A stretch of DNA of 63,754 nt, filler included, from Polymyxa betae A26-41 (GCA_003693705.1; 8 parts of 8 records of this genome joined end to end with filler, not necessarily neighbours in it), one strand, 5' to 3'; numbered from the whole stretch's first letter, positions 48,854 to 62,010 are shown. Numbers and translations: made by a program. Notes: generated by a model from the letters alone, not told the origin.

Positions 48854-50503
48854 ATCACTTTTTTAATTCTTCGTGATCACATTGTGTTTAAACGGGAGAA
48901 ATTGAGGGATTATCAAACCTGCTTAACTGAATCTATCTCTCAATAGAAATCTGTACTCATCCAGATACATTATTGTAGCGTAACAACCGAATTTGATCAA
49001 GGCTAATTTCAAACCTCATTGCATGTTGAATGCAGTTAACAAGATATTATGACAATAATGTCATGCGAAATTTCATCGTAATACTGGTTTGATTGATTTC
49101 CAGTTGGTTTGTTACAAACTGACAATATTTGGATTTGGACTTGAAAGTCCAGACAACGTTTTTTGAGGCAGCTAATAACGACGTTTGAAAATTGCTATAA
49201 GCAGTACGAATCCAATCACAAACTGGCTCATTTTGGGTTTCTGCTCAATTTGGTGATTTCTTTTTAGCAATTGAAGCTCAGATCCTGGCCAGTGTTTCGT
49301 ATATGAGGCAAAACCGTAGAAACAGTGCGTTTTTGGGTGCATTTTGACTGTTTACGAAGTACAATAGAAAACAATAAAGCCGCTAAAACTCCATAAAAAT
49401 AGTTTCTGCTGTTAAAGATGGGGCTTTTGTTCTATCAAGCCCGATGAGATCTATCGACTGACTGCTGTTGTTTCACCTGATGATGACTTCCAGCAAAATC
49501 TTAACATATCTACTGATATCATACAAAATGTATGACAGTATAGAGGACGGCGACTGTAGGTTATCTCGGTATGAAGTAACAAAGTTCTCGTGCTCAATGA
49601 TTGAATGATGAAGAAAACAATGAGAAAGTGTCTCGCTTAAGTGTTGGCGGGATGCGAACACTATATTCCCTGATATCGTAAGTAACTGTCAGTTATGCGG
49701 AGTTACAAATAATTAGTGGTTTAGTATTCGCTTCTGTCAAACAATCGAAGCTTTGCTAAGAAAACGATCGTTGGCCATAGAATGCAAAATGTTTCCTTTC
49801 ACTTACATGAGGTCCCCTTTCAAAATTAGAACTGTGAACACTGCTCCGCTTGTATTGGTAATCTCGACTGACAAAAATAGCAACAACGAAGATTCCATAT
49901 TTCCAAACATGAGTTTTGAGCAAAACCCGTTGTATGAATAAGTCATATCAAACCCGCTCTCAGGACCGGGAGATTGTCAATTGGTTTCTCAAAAACCAAC
50001 TGGGTCTGCAGTTTTGGCAGAGCCTTGAACTAAGGGACTGGAACTCCAAGATCTTTGTATACCTGTATAGAGTATATTAAATAAGAAATGAGAGGTGATG
50101 TTCATGAAGCCCTCAAAGTGATGAAGGTAGCTGTCACACCACAATCAAATTCGAAGATTTCGTGGTGCGGTCGTGTAGACCATGAACTCCGGACGTACTG
50201 CTGAATGTTGACTCTGTCTGATTCCAAGAGTGATCCTAAACTGAAATCCTCAGATGCATCCTGCAACAAGATGACCGTAAGTCTAGTCGCATCTACATTC
50301 CCAATAAATCATTTACAAGCAAGTAACCAATTTCAGCTGAAATATGAAACGCTCTGAAAATATTTAGAAGAGCGATTTGATGGCTTCATGTTTACAAACC
50401 ATTTCTTTTCGCACAAAAGCAACAATGCATAACACACAGCCTATCAAACTAGTCCGCTTTATATAATACATGAATGATACAGATGTATTATATATATGGA
50501 GAC

Positions 50504-51841
50504 TTATCCATACAATACAGTAGCGTCGTTAAACAATGTATCAATCTCAGAACCTGGCTCAGTATAAGACCGAGCTGTCCGATCATTGTAATCGACAATA
50601 TTGGTTTTAATCGAGTCCGGGAACTCCAGCAGGACGCGCACAGCGTCCGCATTCCCAGCCTGTACAGCACGGTGTAGAATCGGGACGTCAGACCACGACC
50701 CAACTCCGGCAACCCAGCCGTCCGGCAGCGGCGCTTCCAGCAGCATGCGTAACAACTCGTGCTGGCCCTCGGCCTCGATCAGAGAGCGAAGGATTTGTTG
50801 GAGACAGGAGAAATGTTCATCGATGTCATTGAGCGGTGGAGAGAAGAACGACTCCGATCTCAATATGACCATGATGAGATCGGAGCGCCCCGATTCGATC
50901 AGATCGTGAATTTGTTTTGCGAGCGCGTTCGGGACGTACAAGGCGAACGGCAGAATGGCGTCCAGGTCGGAGACCGTGAACTCCGCGATATTCATCCAGT
51001 CCAGATGGATCGGCGTCCCAAAGAAAAACAGTTTGCGGGCCAGCACGGGCCGTGATCGGAGATCGTGTCCATGATCCCTGCAGATGACAAAGGCGACATC
51101 CATGACCCATCCCAGGCTGAAAGCTGCGAACGGGTCCTGAAGCCGACCACGGACGGAAATGGTGGCAGCAGCCCGGCGGCCATAATAAGACATCCGAACT
51201 ATATCGAGAACATAGTCCGGAATATCATTGATAGAGTGGTTGAAGGACGTGATCGTTGTCTGGCGCAGGACTTGAAGACACATCAGCTTGACGGTGTCGC
51301 CAGCTTCTAGATTCCACATGCAGAAGCAGCGATAGACGACCAAGACCCAGCCAAGCTTCAGTTCGGACACGGATTCGAGGTGTCCGATCACGTCGAATAG
51401 ATCCATGATCACTTCCGGCTCATCTATAACAATAGACAGGAGCCTATACATGAACAGAGGCGCCGTCTCTTCTGTTAACAGATCTCTCAATACAGCAACA
51501 TGACTTGGTCCCTCTCTGCATATATTGATCAGCCATTTGATATTGCGGATGAAATTGTCTCGGGAGGTCGGTAGCTGCATAACGATCTGGCTCAGCCGCT
51601 GATGGCGGAGTGAGTGGAGGATGTCCCGGACTAGTTTTAAATGGGTCTTGTCGACCTCAGCGAGCCTTGCGAGAAAGACCGGTTGCGGCCGGGCATGACG
51701 GACGACTGCTTCCAGAATCTCAATAGGAGAGAAGCGAGCGCGCTTTGGGTCCGGGCTGCACCCCGATTGGGGTCCGGTGTGTCCGAATTCCATGGCTGAC
51801 ACCGCCATCAGTAGCACGGATGTGATTATGACCGCTGTCAT
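50504..51841 (-). CDS. Secreted protein with an NLS-like motif, an F-box-like motif and a C-terminal ankyrin repeat (candidate effector)
   Basis: Intact intronless 445-aa ORF. Signal peptide MTAVIITSVLLMAVSA; PKRAR; SPIEILEAVVRHA...LARLAEVDKTHLKLV; PILHRAVQAGNADAVRVLLE...DYNDRTA. Confidence 0.88.
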   Translation of the reverse strand: MTAVIITSVLLMAVSAMEFGHTGPQSGCSPDPKRARFSPIEILEAVVRHARPQPVFLARLAEVDKTHLKLVRDILHSLRHQRLSQIVMQLPTSRDNFIRNIKWLINICREGPSHVAVLRDLLTEETAPLFMYRLLSIVIDEPEVIMDLFDVIGHLESVSELKLGWVLVVYRCFCMWNLEAGDTVKLMCLQVLRQTTITSFNHSINDIPDYVLDIVRMSYYGRRAAATISVRGRLQDPFAAFSLGWVMDVAFVICRDHGHDLRSRPVLARKLFFFGTPIHLDWMNIAEFTVSDLDAILPFALYVPNALAKQIHDLIESGRSDLIMVILRSESFFSPPLNDIDEHFSCLQQILRSLIEAEGQHELLRMLLEAPLPDGWVAGVGSWSDVPILHRAVQAGNADAVRVLLEFPDSIKTNIVDYNDRTARSYTEPGSEIDTLFNDATVLYG

Positions 51842-52221
51842 GATCTCTGGACAATATTATAAAAGGGGGAAAGAGACTCTTAATGTAGAAAACCAAATCA
51901 GCTGTGTGTCAGTTCGATAATCGAAAAGATGTGAAGGAAATCCGTGGGAAAAATTTGCGGACGTGACCTGACTCAAAGACTGCGTGGCCGACGATTCAGA
52001 GTTAGTTCCAGGATGTTTTCGAAATAATGATGAAGGCGGTTCGACTTTACAAGTGCCGAAAGCCATCCTTCGCTGCCTGTAGGTTGATGAAATGCAATCC
52101 GGGGTTAGGGTTTAGGGTTCTTACTGTTTTCCCGACTGATCGCGGCCCATTCCAGTGTAGATCTGATCTATGATCCAGCAATGTTGTCGAATTCGACCGC
52201 GGCGGACCTGACCCCGTTTTA

Positions 52222-52350
52222 ACGTCGTTATAACAATGTATCGATATCAGAACCTGTCTCAGCATACGATCGAGCAGTCCGACCGAATGGGTGAAATTTT
52301 CAACGGCTCCGAAATCAGGAGTCCGTGAGCTCCATCATGACGCAGGGATG
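52222..52350 (-). pseudogene. 3' remnant of a tandem paralog of the ankyrin gene
   Basis: CGGACTGCTCGATCGTATGCTGAGACAGGTTCTGATATCGATACATTG (RTARSYAETGSDIDTL) matches the end of 50504-51841 (RTARSYTEPGSEIDTL). Confidence 0.7.
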
Positions 52351-52456
52351 CTGCCTTCTGACACAATATGCTTCACAGGCAGGTGAACGGGCTCAAAGAG
52401 TCCTCGCAATAGTATTATGGTATCTCGATCGAAGCGCGGCGGGGACTGGGGCTGGA

Positions 52457-53275
52457 TGTGACTTATAGCACTTGTCGTGGCTAGCACGACTTGGATCGCT
52501 TCTACACAGTAGGAGCGAACTTCTATATCAAACGAAGAATGATTGTATTATTGTTCTATTATGACCCTAGGCGACATTCTGCGTGTGTGCTGTGGTAAAA
52601 CCGCACTGGTGTCATGCCGTTATGCATGAAATGTGTTATGTGACAAGTGCGAGCACTGACGCACTGTGTCGGGTCGGCGATATTCCCACATCATCCCCTC
52701 CTATCGCCAAAATCTTTTTCAATATTGTCCAAAATTTCGACTTCTGCAGAGGTTTGGTTAAAATATCAGCAAGCTGATCATCAGAAGGTACGTATTCGAT
52801 CTTGATTATGTTGTCATCGATTAGTTCTTTTACAGAATGTAATCGGCGGAAAATGTGTTTAGTTCTAGCACTCAATTTTGGCTCAGTTGCCCATTTAATG
52901 CAGGCCATATTGTCCTCAAAAATCACAGTTGCCGACTCCTGATTGAGACCGATATCTCCGAGGAGGCTGCGCACCCACAAAATTTCCCGCACTGTTTCGC
53001 TCAACGCCATATATTCCGCATCCGCAGTCGTTATTGCCACAGTCTTCTGGGTTCTTGACGACCAAGATATAGGCCCGAATTCACCTACGCGCAGCATGTA
53101 CCCCATACGGGATCTTGCCTTAGGATCTTCGCCAAGTGCAGCATCACAGTAAGCTTGAAGAATCAGCTCATTTCCTCCAAGTTTCTGTTGCAGATGCTGA
53201 TGCGACAACGGTCGCTTGCTGACTCCACCATGGATGATCAGGCATGAATCACGACGACCTATATGATGAAGTTTT
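52457..53275 (-). mobile_element. Ty1/Copia 3' end: RNase H, PPT and candidate LTR (52457-52690)
   Basis: AYCDA, ISWSSRTQ, AEYMAL, EDN, RTKHI, QLADILTK. AGGAGGGGATGA then TGTGGG. The distal LTR end (CACA) is tentative. Confidence 0.9.
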
Positions 53276-56200
53276 TGTGAATTAATACAACTCACTCCTT
53301 TATCTGAAAGTTAACGTCTACGTTTTAGCTACGAAACGCACGATCGCGTATAGCATATAATGTCTAGGAATATGAGCAAGAACGTGAGCAGGAGATCGAC
53401 TCGCGCTAACAATGAGTTGGGATCTAACGTGGTGAACCCTAACATTAATGCTCCTCCAGACGGTCAGGTTTTGGAGCCTTCACAGGTTATGGGCCCAGGC
53501 CCACTGGCGAGTACAACCAAGATGTACAAGGGTGTTCGGTTGAACGACAACAACTACACCACATGGGCGTTCTAAATGAGAGTTCACTTATGCTCTATTG
53601 GACTATGGGACATTGTCAAGACTGGCGTATTCCAAGGCCACAACGAACGAGACGTCTGCTTTGCCGAGATAGTGAATAACATTGATGAGTCTCAAATTAT
53701 GACCGTGATCGAATGCGAAACTCCGAAAGCGGCCTGGGAGGCTCTGGAATCAATGCATCGATCGAAAACGTTTTCACACATGACTTATATGAAGCAAGAT
53801 TTCTTTAACAAAAGTTTTAACGCCACGGACGGCATGAAAAAGCATCTAACGGAAATGAAAGAACTGGCGTTACGGCTTCGACTAGCCGGTAGTAATATTG
53901 AAGATGTAGACCTGGCATCAACGATTCTGATCAGCGTCAAGGACAAACGTTACGAGAATACGATTGCATCATTAACATCGGCAAGATCTACACCGCCAAC
54001 GTTCGACGAAATCAGCGCTGCGCTCTTATTACGAGAACTGGAAATTTCAAGATCAAGTCCAAACAAACGAGAAACTGGTTTTGCAGCTCAGCAGCAACGC
54101 AAAGAAACACCCAAATGCTACAACTGTAACAATATCGGGCATTTATCGGCAAATTGCAAGAAACCGAAACGCGCTCGACAAAAGGACCAGAAGGACCAGA
54201 AGGACAACAAAGACAAAGACAACAGCCAGAACAAGACACATTCAGAACAAAAACACGAAGCAGCAGGACGCCAATATTGCGGAGGAAACAGGTTTTAGCG
54301 CGGCAACGAATGGCAGCTGGGACCAGCGACATATGATTTGCGACTCCGGCGCGACTTCGCACATGGCAGAAGATTTGAATCTGATGACCAACATAACGGG
54401 AATATCTCCAACGAACGTTATCCTCGCCAACGGGCGGGTGATCCGGTCAACGCAAGCCGGAACGATCACACTATAGGGTGTAAACGGTAAATATGTCACG
54501 ATTGACAATGTTTTGTATGTCCCAGGACTTAGGGAAGGATTATTCTCCACGGGACGCGCATGCGATTCTTTTGCAGATGAAGTTTCGCTAACTACGAACA
54601 CATGCACTATTTCATCATCAAGACGAACGATTTTATCAGGAGAACGCGATGGACGTCACGATTTGTTTAAGATTTCTGTTCCTGAAAACGCGCGTACAAT
54701 TACGCACAGTCCCAATTGGCATTACAGATTAGGACATTTGAACGTCCGCGACCTGAAACGAATGCAGGACAACGAGCTGGTAAAAGGGATGGAAAATTTC
54801 ACGATCGATATACCACAATGCCGAGCATGCAGCATCCAGAAAAACGTGGTTAAACCAGCACCCAAAACGATATCCAGCCCGGCAACGACACTTCTACGAC
54901 GGATCCATTCACGGAATCCGCCAATGGTAACAAATATTTCATATCTTTTAAAGATGAATGTTCACGATGGGCTATTGTACTACCAATGAAGACACGAGGC
55001 CAAACTCTTCAACGATTTAAGGAGTTTCGAATAATGGTGGAACTTCTGGTGCCTAAAGGCGAACGAATACGCGCTCTAAGAACAGATAATGCTAAAGAGT
55101 ACTGCAGCGACGAATTTGAATCATTTCTGCGGGAAAACGAAATCCACCACGAACTATCAACACCATACAAGCAGCATCAAAACGGAATCGCCGAGCGATA
55201 CAACAGGACAATACAGGAGATGTACAAGACGATGTTGACTCATGCGAAACTGCCGACGACGTACTGGGAGGAAGCATGTAAAGCCGCTGCATATCTTCGA
55301 AACCGATGCATCACGTCAGCGTTGCGTCACGAAATGACTCCACACGAGGCTTTGACTGGTTCTAAACCGGATATAAGCAACCTTCGAATATGGGGATGCC
55401 GCACGTTCGCAATTATACCTGAACAACTACGAGGAAAAATGTCTGATCGCAGTAGGGAGGCAATTATGGTGGGATATGCACCAACGCAAAAGGCTTACCG
55501 CCTAGTGGACCTGAAAACGCGACGATTATTCATTAGCAAGGATGTTCGATTCGACGAATCCATACTGGGGTACGAAACGAAAAATCGCGAACAAGTGGAC
55601 GAATCAAACGAAATCCCGAAGGAGAACACGATTGACAATGACGATCCTGTAACGATAAAGACAGATGATGCGTCTGACGCTTCAGACAACGAAAGTGATT
55701 TCATTGACGAAATCCGACGATCCTCACGAGTACGAGCACAGCCAGCGAGATACTTTGAAGAATTTGCAAACGCTCTGGACGAAGAGCCATTAACAAGAGA
55801 AGCTGCTCTCCGAAGCCCCGCTGCGAAACAGTGGGAGGCAGCCATGAGAAGAATTTAAATCACTGATGAAAAACAAAACGTGGACATTGACAGATCTCCC
55901 TGTAGGCCGTAAAGCGATCGGAACGAAATGGGTCTTCAAGATTAAAAGGACGAGGAAGGCAGACCGATACGTTACAAGGCGAGATTGGTCGCACAAGGAT
56001 TTAGACAAGTACCAGGACTGGATTTCCATGACACCTTCGCACCAGTTATGTCAACGACAACATTAAGGACTCTACTCTCTATTGCAGCACATGAGAACTT
56101 GGAAATTCACCAGATGGATGTAGAAACTGCATACCTTAACGGCACGATCGATGAAGAAATGTATATCAAGCAGCCGTCAGGGTTTGACGAATCTGGACAT

Positions 56201-56322
56201 GAACAGCAGGCATGTCGTCTTAATAAGGAGATGTATGGACTACGGCAATCTGGGAGAGCATGGTGGATAACGATTTCAATTTTTTTGAAAGATTTAGGTT
56301 TTACCTGTTTAATTTCTGATCC
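53276..56322 (+). mobile_element. Ty1/Copia: 5' LTR (53276-53484), PBS (53485-53498) and decayed gag-pol up to the gap
   Basis: TGTGAA...TTCACA termini; GGTTATGGGCCCAG; CYNCNNIGHLSANC knuckle; CDSGATSHM; WHYRLGH; RTDNAKEY; QMDVETAYLNG. Stops at 53573 and 54474. Confidence 0.96.
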
Positions 56323-56422
56323 NNNNNNNNNNNNNNNNNNNNNNNNNNNNNNNNNNNNNNNNNNNNTTAATTAATTAANNNNNNNNNNNNNNNNNNNNNN
56401 NNNNNNNNNNNNNNNNNNNNNN
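56323..56422. other. Artificial assembly linker
   Basis: N-run with TTAATTAATTAA. Confidence 0.99.
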
Positions 56423-58775
56423 GAAGAGGACAAAACCGAGGTCGAGACCATGGTGATGAACAAGATAGCAACAGTGAAGCTGCATTCCATGTACGTGGAC
56501 GACGCGGAGGACGCGGACGAGGATATTCTTCAAGGAAGTCAAGTCATGAGCGTGAAAAATCAGAAATCAAGTGTTACCGATGCCATGGAAGTGGACATAT
56601 TGCGAGATATTGCACAGCGCCTGCTCCAGCTGAGGAGAAGCCTGGATCTAAAACCTCTGCGGCGCTGCATGCATCTTTTATGAGCGAACATGTAACAGAA
56701 GGAAACCAGACTACCCGGTGGATTGATTCAGGATCGACTGCGCATATGACCAGAGATGGGACCTTCCGAAAAACTTCCGGTGTTGAATCTATTATGATGG
56801 GTGATGGTAGAAGAGTCCAAGTGAAAGGACAAGGAGATTATGCTGGGGACGGACTGTCCCTACACGGAGTCCTCCATGTTCCTGATTTGAAAGCGAATTT
56901 AATCTCGATAGCCCAAACAATGAACAATGGCGTTGACGAGGTGATATTCACAAAGGATAAGGTAAAAATTATCAAGAAAGGAAAAGAGATTGTGGTTGGA
57001 AAACGCCAAGGAAGTATATATGCATTAAAAGGCAAGGAACGGATCAAAGCATTTCTAAGTCAAAATATACAACCTGTCGCAACTTATGAACTGTGGCACC
57101 AAAGACTAGGGCATCTCAATTATGCCGACATCAAACGACTTTCTGAAAGTGGTGTTATTCGAGTTAGAGGAGAGATACCTAAGAGTTTGTGTACGGCCTG
57201 TCTTCAAGGCAACATGACGAAAAGACCTTTCCATTCAAATGCCAAACCGTACTTTAGAGCCAAACAGCCTGGTGAAATGGTCCATTCTGATGTTTGCGGG
57301 CCATTTCCTGTCGAAGGATCTGGACGAGCGAGATATTTTGTGACATTTATCGATGATCTAAGTCGACACATCAGCCTGTTCCCGATTATGCGAAAGTCCG
57401 AAGTGTTCCATAAGTTTACTGAATTCGTCGCACATTTGCAAACGGAGTTTGGAGAGAAGCGTCTACGAATATTGTCCACGGACAATGGTGGAGAATACGT
57501 GAACAAAGACTTTAAGCGTTTTTGCAAGGAGAACGGAATCACGCATATTACAACCATTCCACACAATCCCCAACAGAACGCTGTGTCCGAGAGGGCAAAC
57601 CGCACTATTGTCGAGGGAGCGCGATCGATGTTGGCTCATGTTAATTTCCAAAATCGTGCTGGGTCGAAGCCGTTACATATGCAGCGTATATTCGTAACCG
57701 GTGTCCGAACAAGAGTCTCGATTATCGATCTGCCTTTGAAATTCGTTTTGGTACCCTTCCGGACTTGAGTATGGTCCGATTGTTTGGTTCTCGGGCGTTT
57801 TATTATATTCCTAAGGTGGAGAGAGACAAACTAGATTCTAAGATTCAGGAGGGAAATTTCGTTGGAATTCCGAGCGGACAAAATGGATACCTGATTCGAC
57901 TCGCTAATAGAAAACTGATTGCTTCAAGAGATATGAAATTTTAGGAAAAAGTTTTTCAAGATGATGATGAAGTTGATGATGAAGATGACCACAACATAAC
58001 GATAAAGAAAATGATAAGGAAGGATGAAGCCCGTGAATACGACGATGAAAATAGATATGAAGATGCAGTTGAAATACCTGACGACAATGATAGTGAAGAC
58101 CGGGAAGAGCCTGACGCTATTAATCAAGATAATATGAATGATCGTCGGAGAGGAACCCGTATCAGGAGTAAACCGATACGATATGAAGTTGAATATCAGA
58201 ATTGTATGATGGCGATCAATGCTCCGGCAAGTCGGAATGAAGCGCTATGTACCCAAGAAGCTGAGCTATGGAGACGAGCTGAATTAGAGGAAATTTCGAG
58301 TCATGAGAAGAATGAAACTTGGCGACTGGTTCGGAAACCAGATGGAGTCAATATTGTTGGAAGTAAATGGGTTTACGCCCTAAAAAATGATGAAAACGGA
58401 AAAGTCAAAACATACAAGGCAAGATTATGTGCCAAAGGTTATTCTCAAGAATATTGTGTAGATTTTCACGACACATTTGCACCTGTAATTTCACCTGCAG
58501 GACTTCGCTTAGTTTTTGCAATAGGAACGCATCTCGGGAAGGAAATTCATCATATGGATGTGAAAACAGCTTTCTTAAACGCCAAATTGAACGAGAAAGT
58601 CTTCATGGAGCAACCTGAAGGATATGAACAATATGACGAAACCGGAGAGAAATATGTATGTGAGCTTAAACGAGCTATTTATGGTTTAAAACAAGCCGGC
58701 CGCGAGTGGTGGACTACAATTACGCACTATCTGGAGTCGAAGCTGAACTTCAAAAAAATCATACAATTGCATTGA
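56423..58775 (+). mobile_element. Ty1/Copia gag-pol fragment
   Basis: CYRCHGSGHIARYC, WIDSGSTAHM, WHQRLGH, HSDVCGP, TDNGGEY, YKARL, HMDVKTAFLN, YGLKQAG. Confidence 0.96.
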
Positions 58776-59137
58776 GATAGTGATGTATGAAATATTGGTT
58801 AATAGACATAAGGTGATAAACTCAGACGAGTCGTACTGGACCTGAACGGCGTAATTCGAGATGGTGAAATGCAATGGAAAGCGCCGATTATCATTGGTGA
58901 AAACACAGCTGGATATCTGATACTACTAAGTCCACCAAGATTTCAGATGCGATTATGCCTCCAAACCTGTGAGATTGTGGTGAAAAATTGGGAAGCGGGG
59001 GGTAGTATCTAGGAACTTTTTTCCATGAATCTCTTGTTCTGGTGTCCCGACACCACCTCACCAATTTTGACTTAGGAAAGTTTAGTAGATTTTCGGCAAC
59101 CCCTTTGAATTCCAATTCTGTAGCTTTGCAAAAAGAA

Positions 59138-59197
59138 TCTGAGATAGCCAAATGATAAGGCAAAGCGCAATGCCCGAGTTCGAATCCCGCTCGAGAA
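59138..59197 (+). pseudogene. tRNA-derived relic lacking the anticodon arm
   Basis: A-box-like TAGCCAAATGATAAGGC, B-box GAGTTCGAATCCC, partly complementary ends TCTGAG/CTCGAGA, and T5 downstream. Confidence 0.5.
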
Positions 59198-59519
59198 TTG
59201 TTTTTATTCTACGATAAAACGATTATTTAATAACAAGAAACTTATTTCTTCAATCGTGTCACGTTGGATGGTTAGCATGGCTGAAAATCAACTCGAACAT
59301 TTAACATTCGCAGACAGCGATTGATATTTTGGGTTTTTTTATCTTAGTATCGATTGTCTTCGATTTCGATGCGAAAATCGAGCGAAACTCTACGGCCCTT
59401 GCCCACTGCACACGACTGAGAAATTAGTTAGACACATAGCGTAACACGAGCCAGAGAAATCGGAACTATGCCGCAGTTCCATTTCAAAACCCTAAACCCT
59501 ACCTTGTGAATTACAGCCG

Positions 59520-60700
59520 TGTTGAAGATGTAAGCGTCCCCCGGCTGGACATTGGCGGCGTGATGCCATTTATTGGGATAAACACTTGTTGTAGTCTATA
59601 TATCTTTATTCTCTATGTTATTGGGGTTAAATACGAGGGCTCTTCCGACGGACTTAGAAAGTGCGTGGAAGGTTCTTAGACATAATCGCTACAGTGGAAA
59701 CACCAACCTTGGAAGCTTCCTAGACTGTGCGGGTCGCTCCAACACCCTCCTCGAGTCCGACAGTACTGGAAGAGGTGATTCGATCTCGTACATTTCGAAA
59801 TAAATTTGGCTCCAATGGCTTTGTTAGAATGTCCGCTAAATTATCCTTACTGGGGCAGAACGTCACTGAGATGGTTCCTTTCTTCAGTTCATCGCGTATA
59901 AATTGATACTTCACATCCACATGTTTGGTTCTTTGAAGAGATGACTCGGTCACGATCATTGCTATAGTAGACTGATTATCATCGAACAGGACAGTGGGAT
60001 TCACCTGAATATAACCAATCTCATAAAGAAGTTGTCGGATCCATTTAATTTCTTGGGTCGTTTTCGATGCTGCAATAAATTCAGCTTCTGACGTTGAAAG
60101 TGCAACACATGACTGTTTCTTCGACGCCCAAATAATCGGTCCTCCAAACATGATAAGATACCCAGAGGTGGATTTTCTGTCTCCAAAATCTCCAAAACTT
60201 GCATCGGTATAAGCTTTCAGAACGGGTCCATCTGGTTCTGTAGTAAATGCGATACCAACAGACTTTATCGCCTTCAGGTAACGTAAAATCCGTTTCGCAG
60301 CATGAACATTACTCACTGACGGGTTTTCAACACTTCTTGCGCACTTATTTACGGCTGCAGCTATATCCGGTCGGCACGTGTTCGCAATAAAATTGAGACA
60401 TCCGATTAGCTGTCTGTAAGGGAAGTCAATCGTAATTCTCTGATCGTGATCATCAGTTTTGCTGGTTTTGATCATTGGTGTTTCTGCAGGAATACATTCA
60501 TACATTCTGAATTGTGTACTTCATTGATGTAGGACTCCAATGATAGAATTGTTTTCCACTCTCAATATTTTGGTCGACTTTCATTCCTAGAACATGGGTT
60601 GCTTTTCCCAAATCCTTCATATGGTACTGAGAATTGAGGATCCTCTTGACAGTAAGAAGTTCATCTGCGTTCGTTGCGATTATTGACCGCATTAGCGACG
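59520..60700 (-). mobile_element. Ty1/Copia 3' end: RT C-terminus, RNase H, PPT and 3' LTR (59520-59744)
   Basis: MKDLG, PYRQLIGCL, RPDI, YTDAS, STSEAEF, ADILTK. GAGGAGGG then TGTTGGAG...CTTCAACA. Confidence 0.95.
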
Positions 60701-61910
60701 ATATAAATGAGATGATTGATACAGCAACATCACTTCTGATCTATGCAGTAAATGTCTTCGATAATCTTGATCTGATTTTATTTTAGATAATATCATCAAT
60801 AACTCCATTCTCATTGTCTATTGAGATTCAAGTAGATGATCCTATATCTGCTCGTCGTTCAACCACGAAAAAGGGCAGATTTCAAGCTGGACAGTTCCGA
60901 AGTCAAGATCAGCATCTTATGAACGACTCAGGTCGTACTAGCCCGCATTTCATTCGCTGTTGTGTCTGGTCCAGTACGGTGCCGTACTGGACCAGACACT
61001 TTTGACTTTCTGAGACCAGGATCGAAGCAGACTTCAAGCTGTACGATTTGGTACCACCGTTATCATTGCAGCTGCAATTATATTCTTGCTGATATGTGAG
61101 TGCTTTAAAGGAAATTACCAAGACGGTTAGAGCCTAAAAATGTTTCAATTCAAACAAATAAAAAGACAAATCAACAAACCTGATTACGAATCACTTTAAG
61201 ACGGGAATATCCGTCATCCTGTAAGAAGACGAGCGTATTTCCAACTGCAAACAGCCTTGCTTTGAGCTGCCTTGAGAGAAACACATCCAGAGGCACAACG
61301 ATCCCGTCGTAATATCGAATACGGAATTGTTCATGAGACAGTCACATAGTGAACCCAGTCTATCGAAGGCGGACCAGTTACAGGACGCCCAGCGCTGCTG
61401 ATCGATCTGAATAAGATCCATAATATTGATGCACTTTATGTGGCCAGGAAAGTTGTAAAGTTGCCTACAAAGAAGGCGCCATTGTATTGGGTCCGAATAA
61501 ACGCAATATTTGAAAGAAAAAGAATGAAAATAAACCAATAGAAACCTGATTAATATATGGGTACACCAGAGTTTGCAGCAAGAGATAGCATCGTGCGATG
61601 ATGAAGAGCATAAGAAGACAGGCGAGTGAAATGGTTCCTGTCAGCGACACCGAAGGATTCTCGTTATAAACAGTAAAAAAATGAATACAGATACAGAAAT
61701 ACAATCAAACGGATTCGAAAAATTAAAAATTTCGAAAAACACAGGAGTTACCCGAAAACTTTCGTCAAGGCCGCCAGGATTTGCCCATCTTGAACTACAC
61801 CGAGTAATGGCGGCGACGATGACGATCACAGAAGCCCCGGCAGATGACGACTGAGAGATGCCGAAAACGCCTAGATTAGGCGATAGACACAAGGCACCAG
61901 TTTACAAGCC

Positions 61911-62010
61911 NNNNNNNNNNNNNNNNNNNNNNNNNNNNNNNNNNNNNNNNNNNNTTAATTAATTAANNNNNNNNNNNNNNNNNNNNNNNNNNNNNNNNNN
62001 NNNNNNNNNN
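61911..62010. other. Artificial assembly linker
   Basis: N-run with TTAATTAATTAA. Confidence 0.99.
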
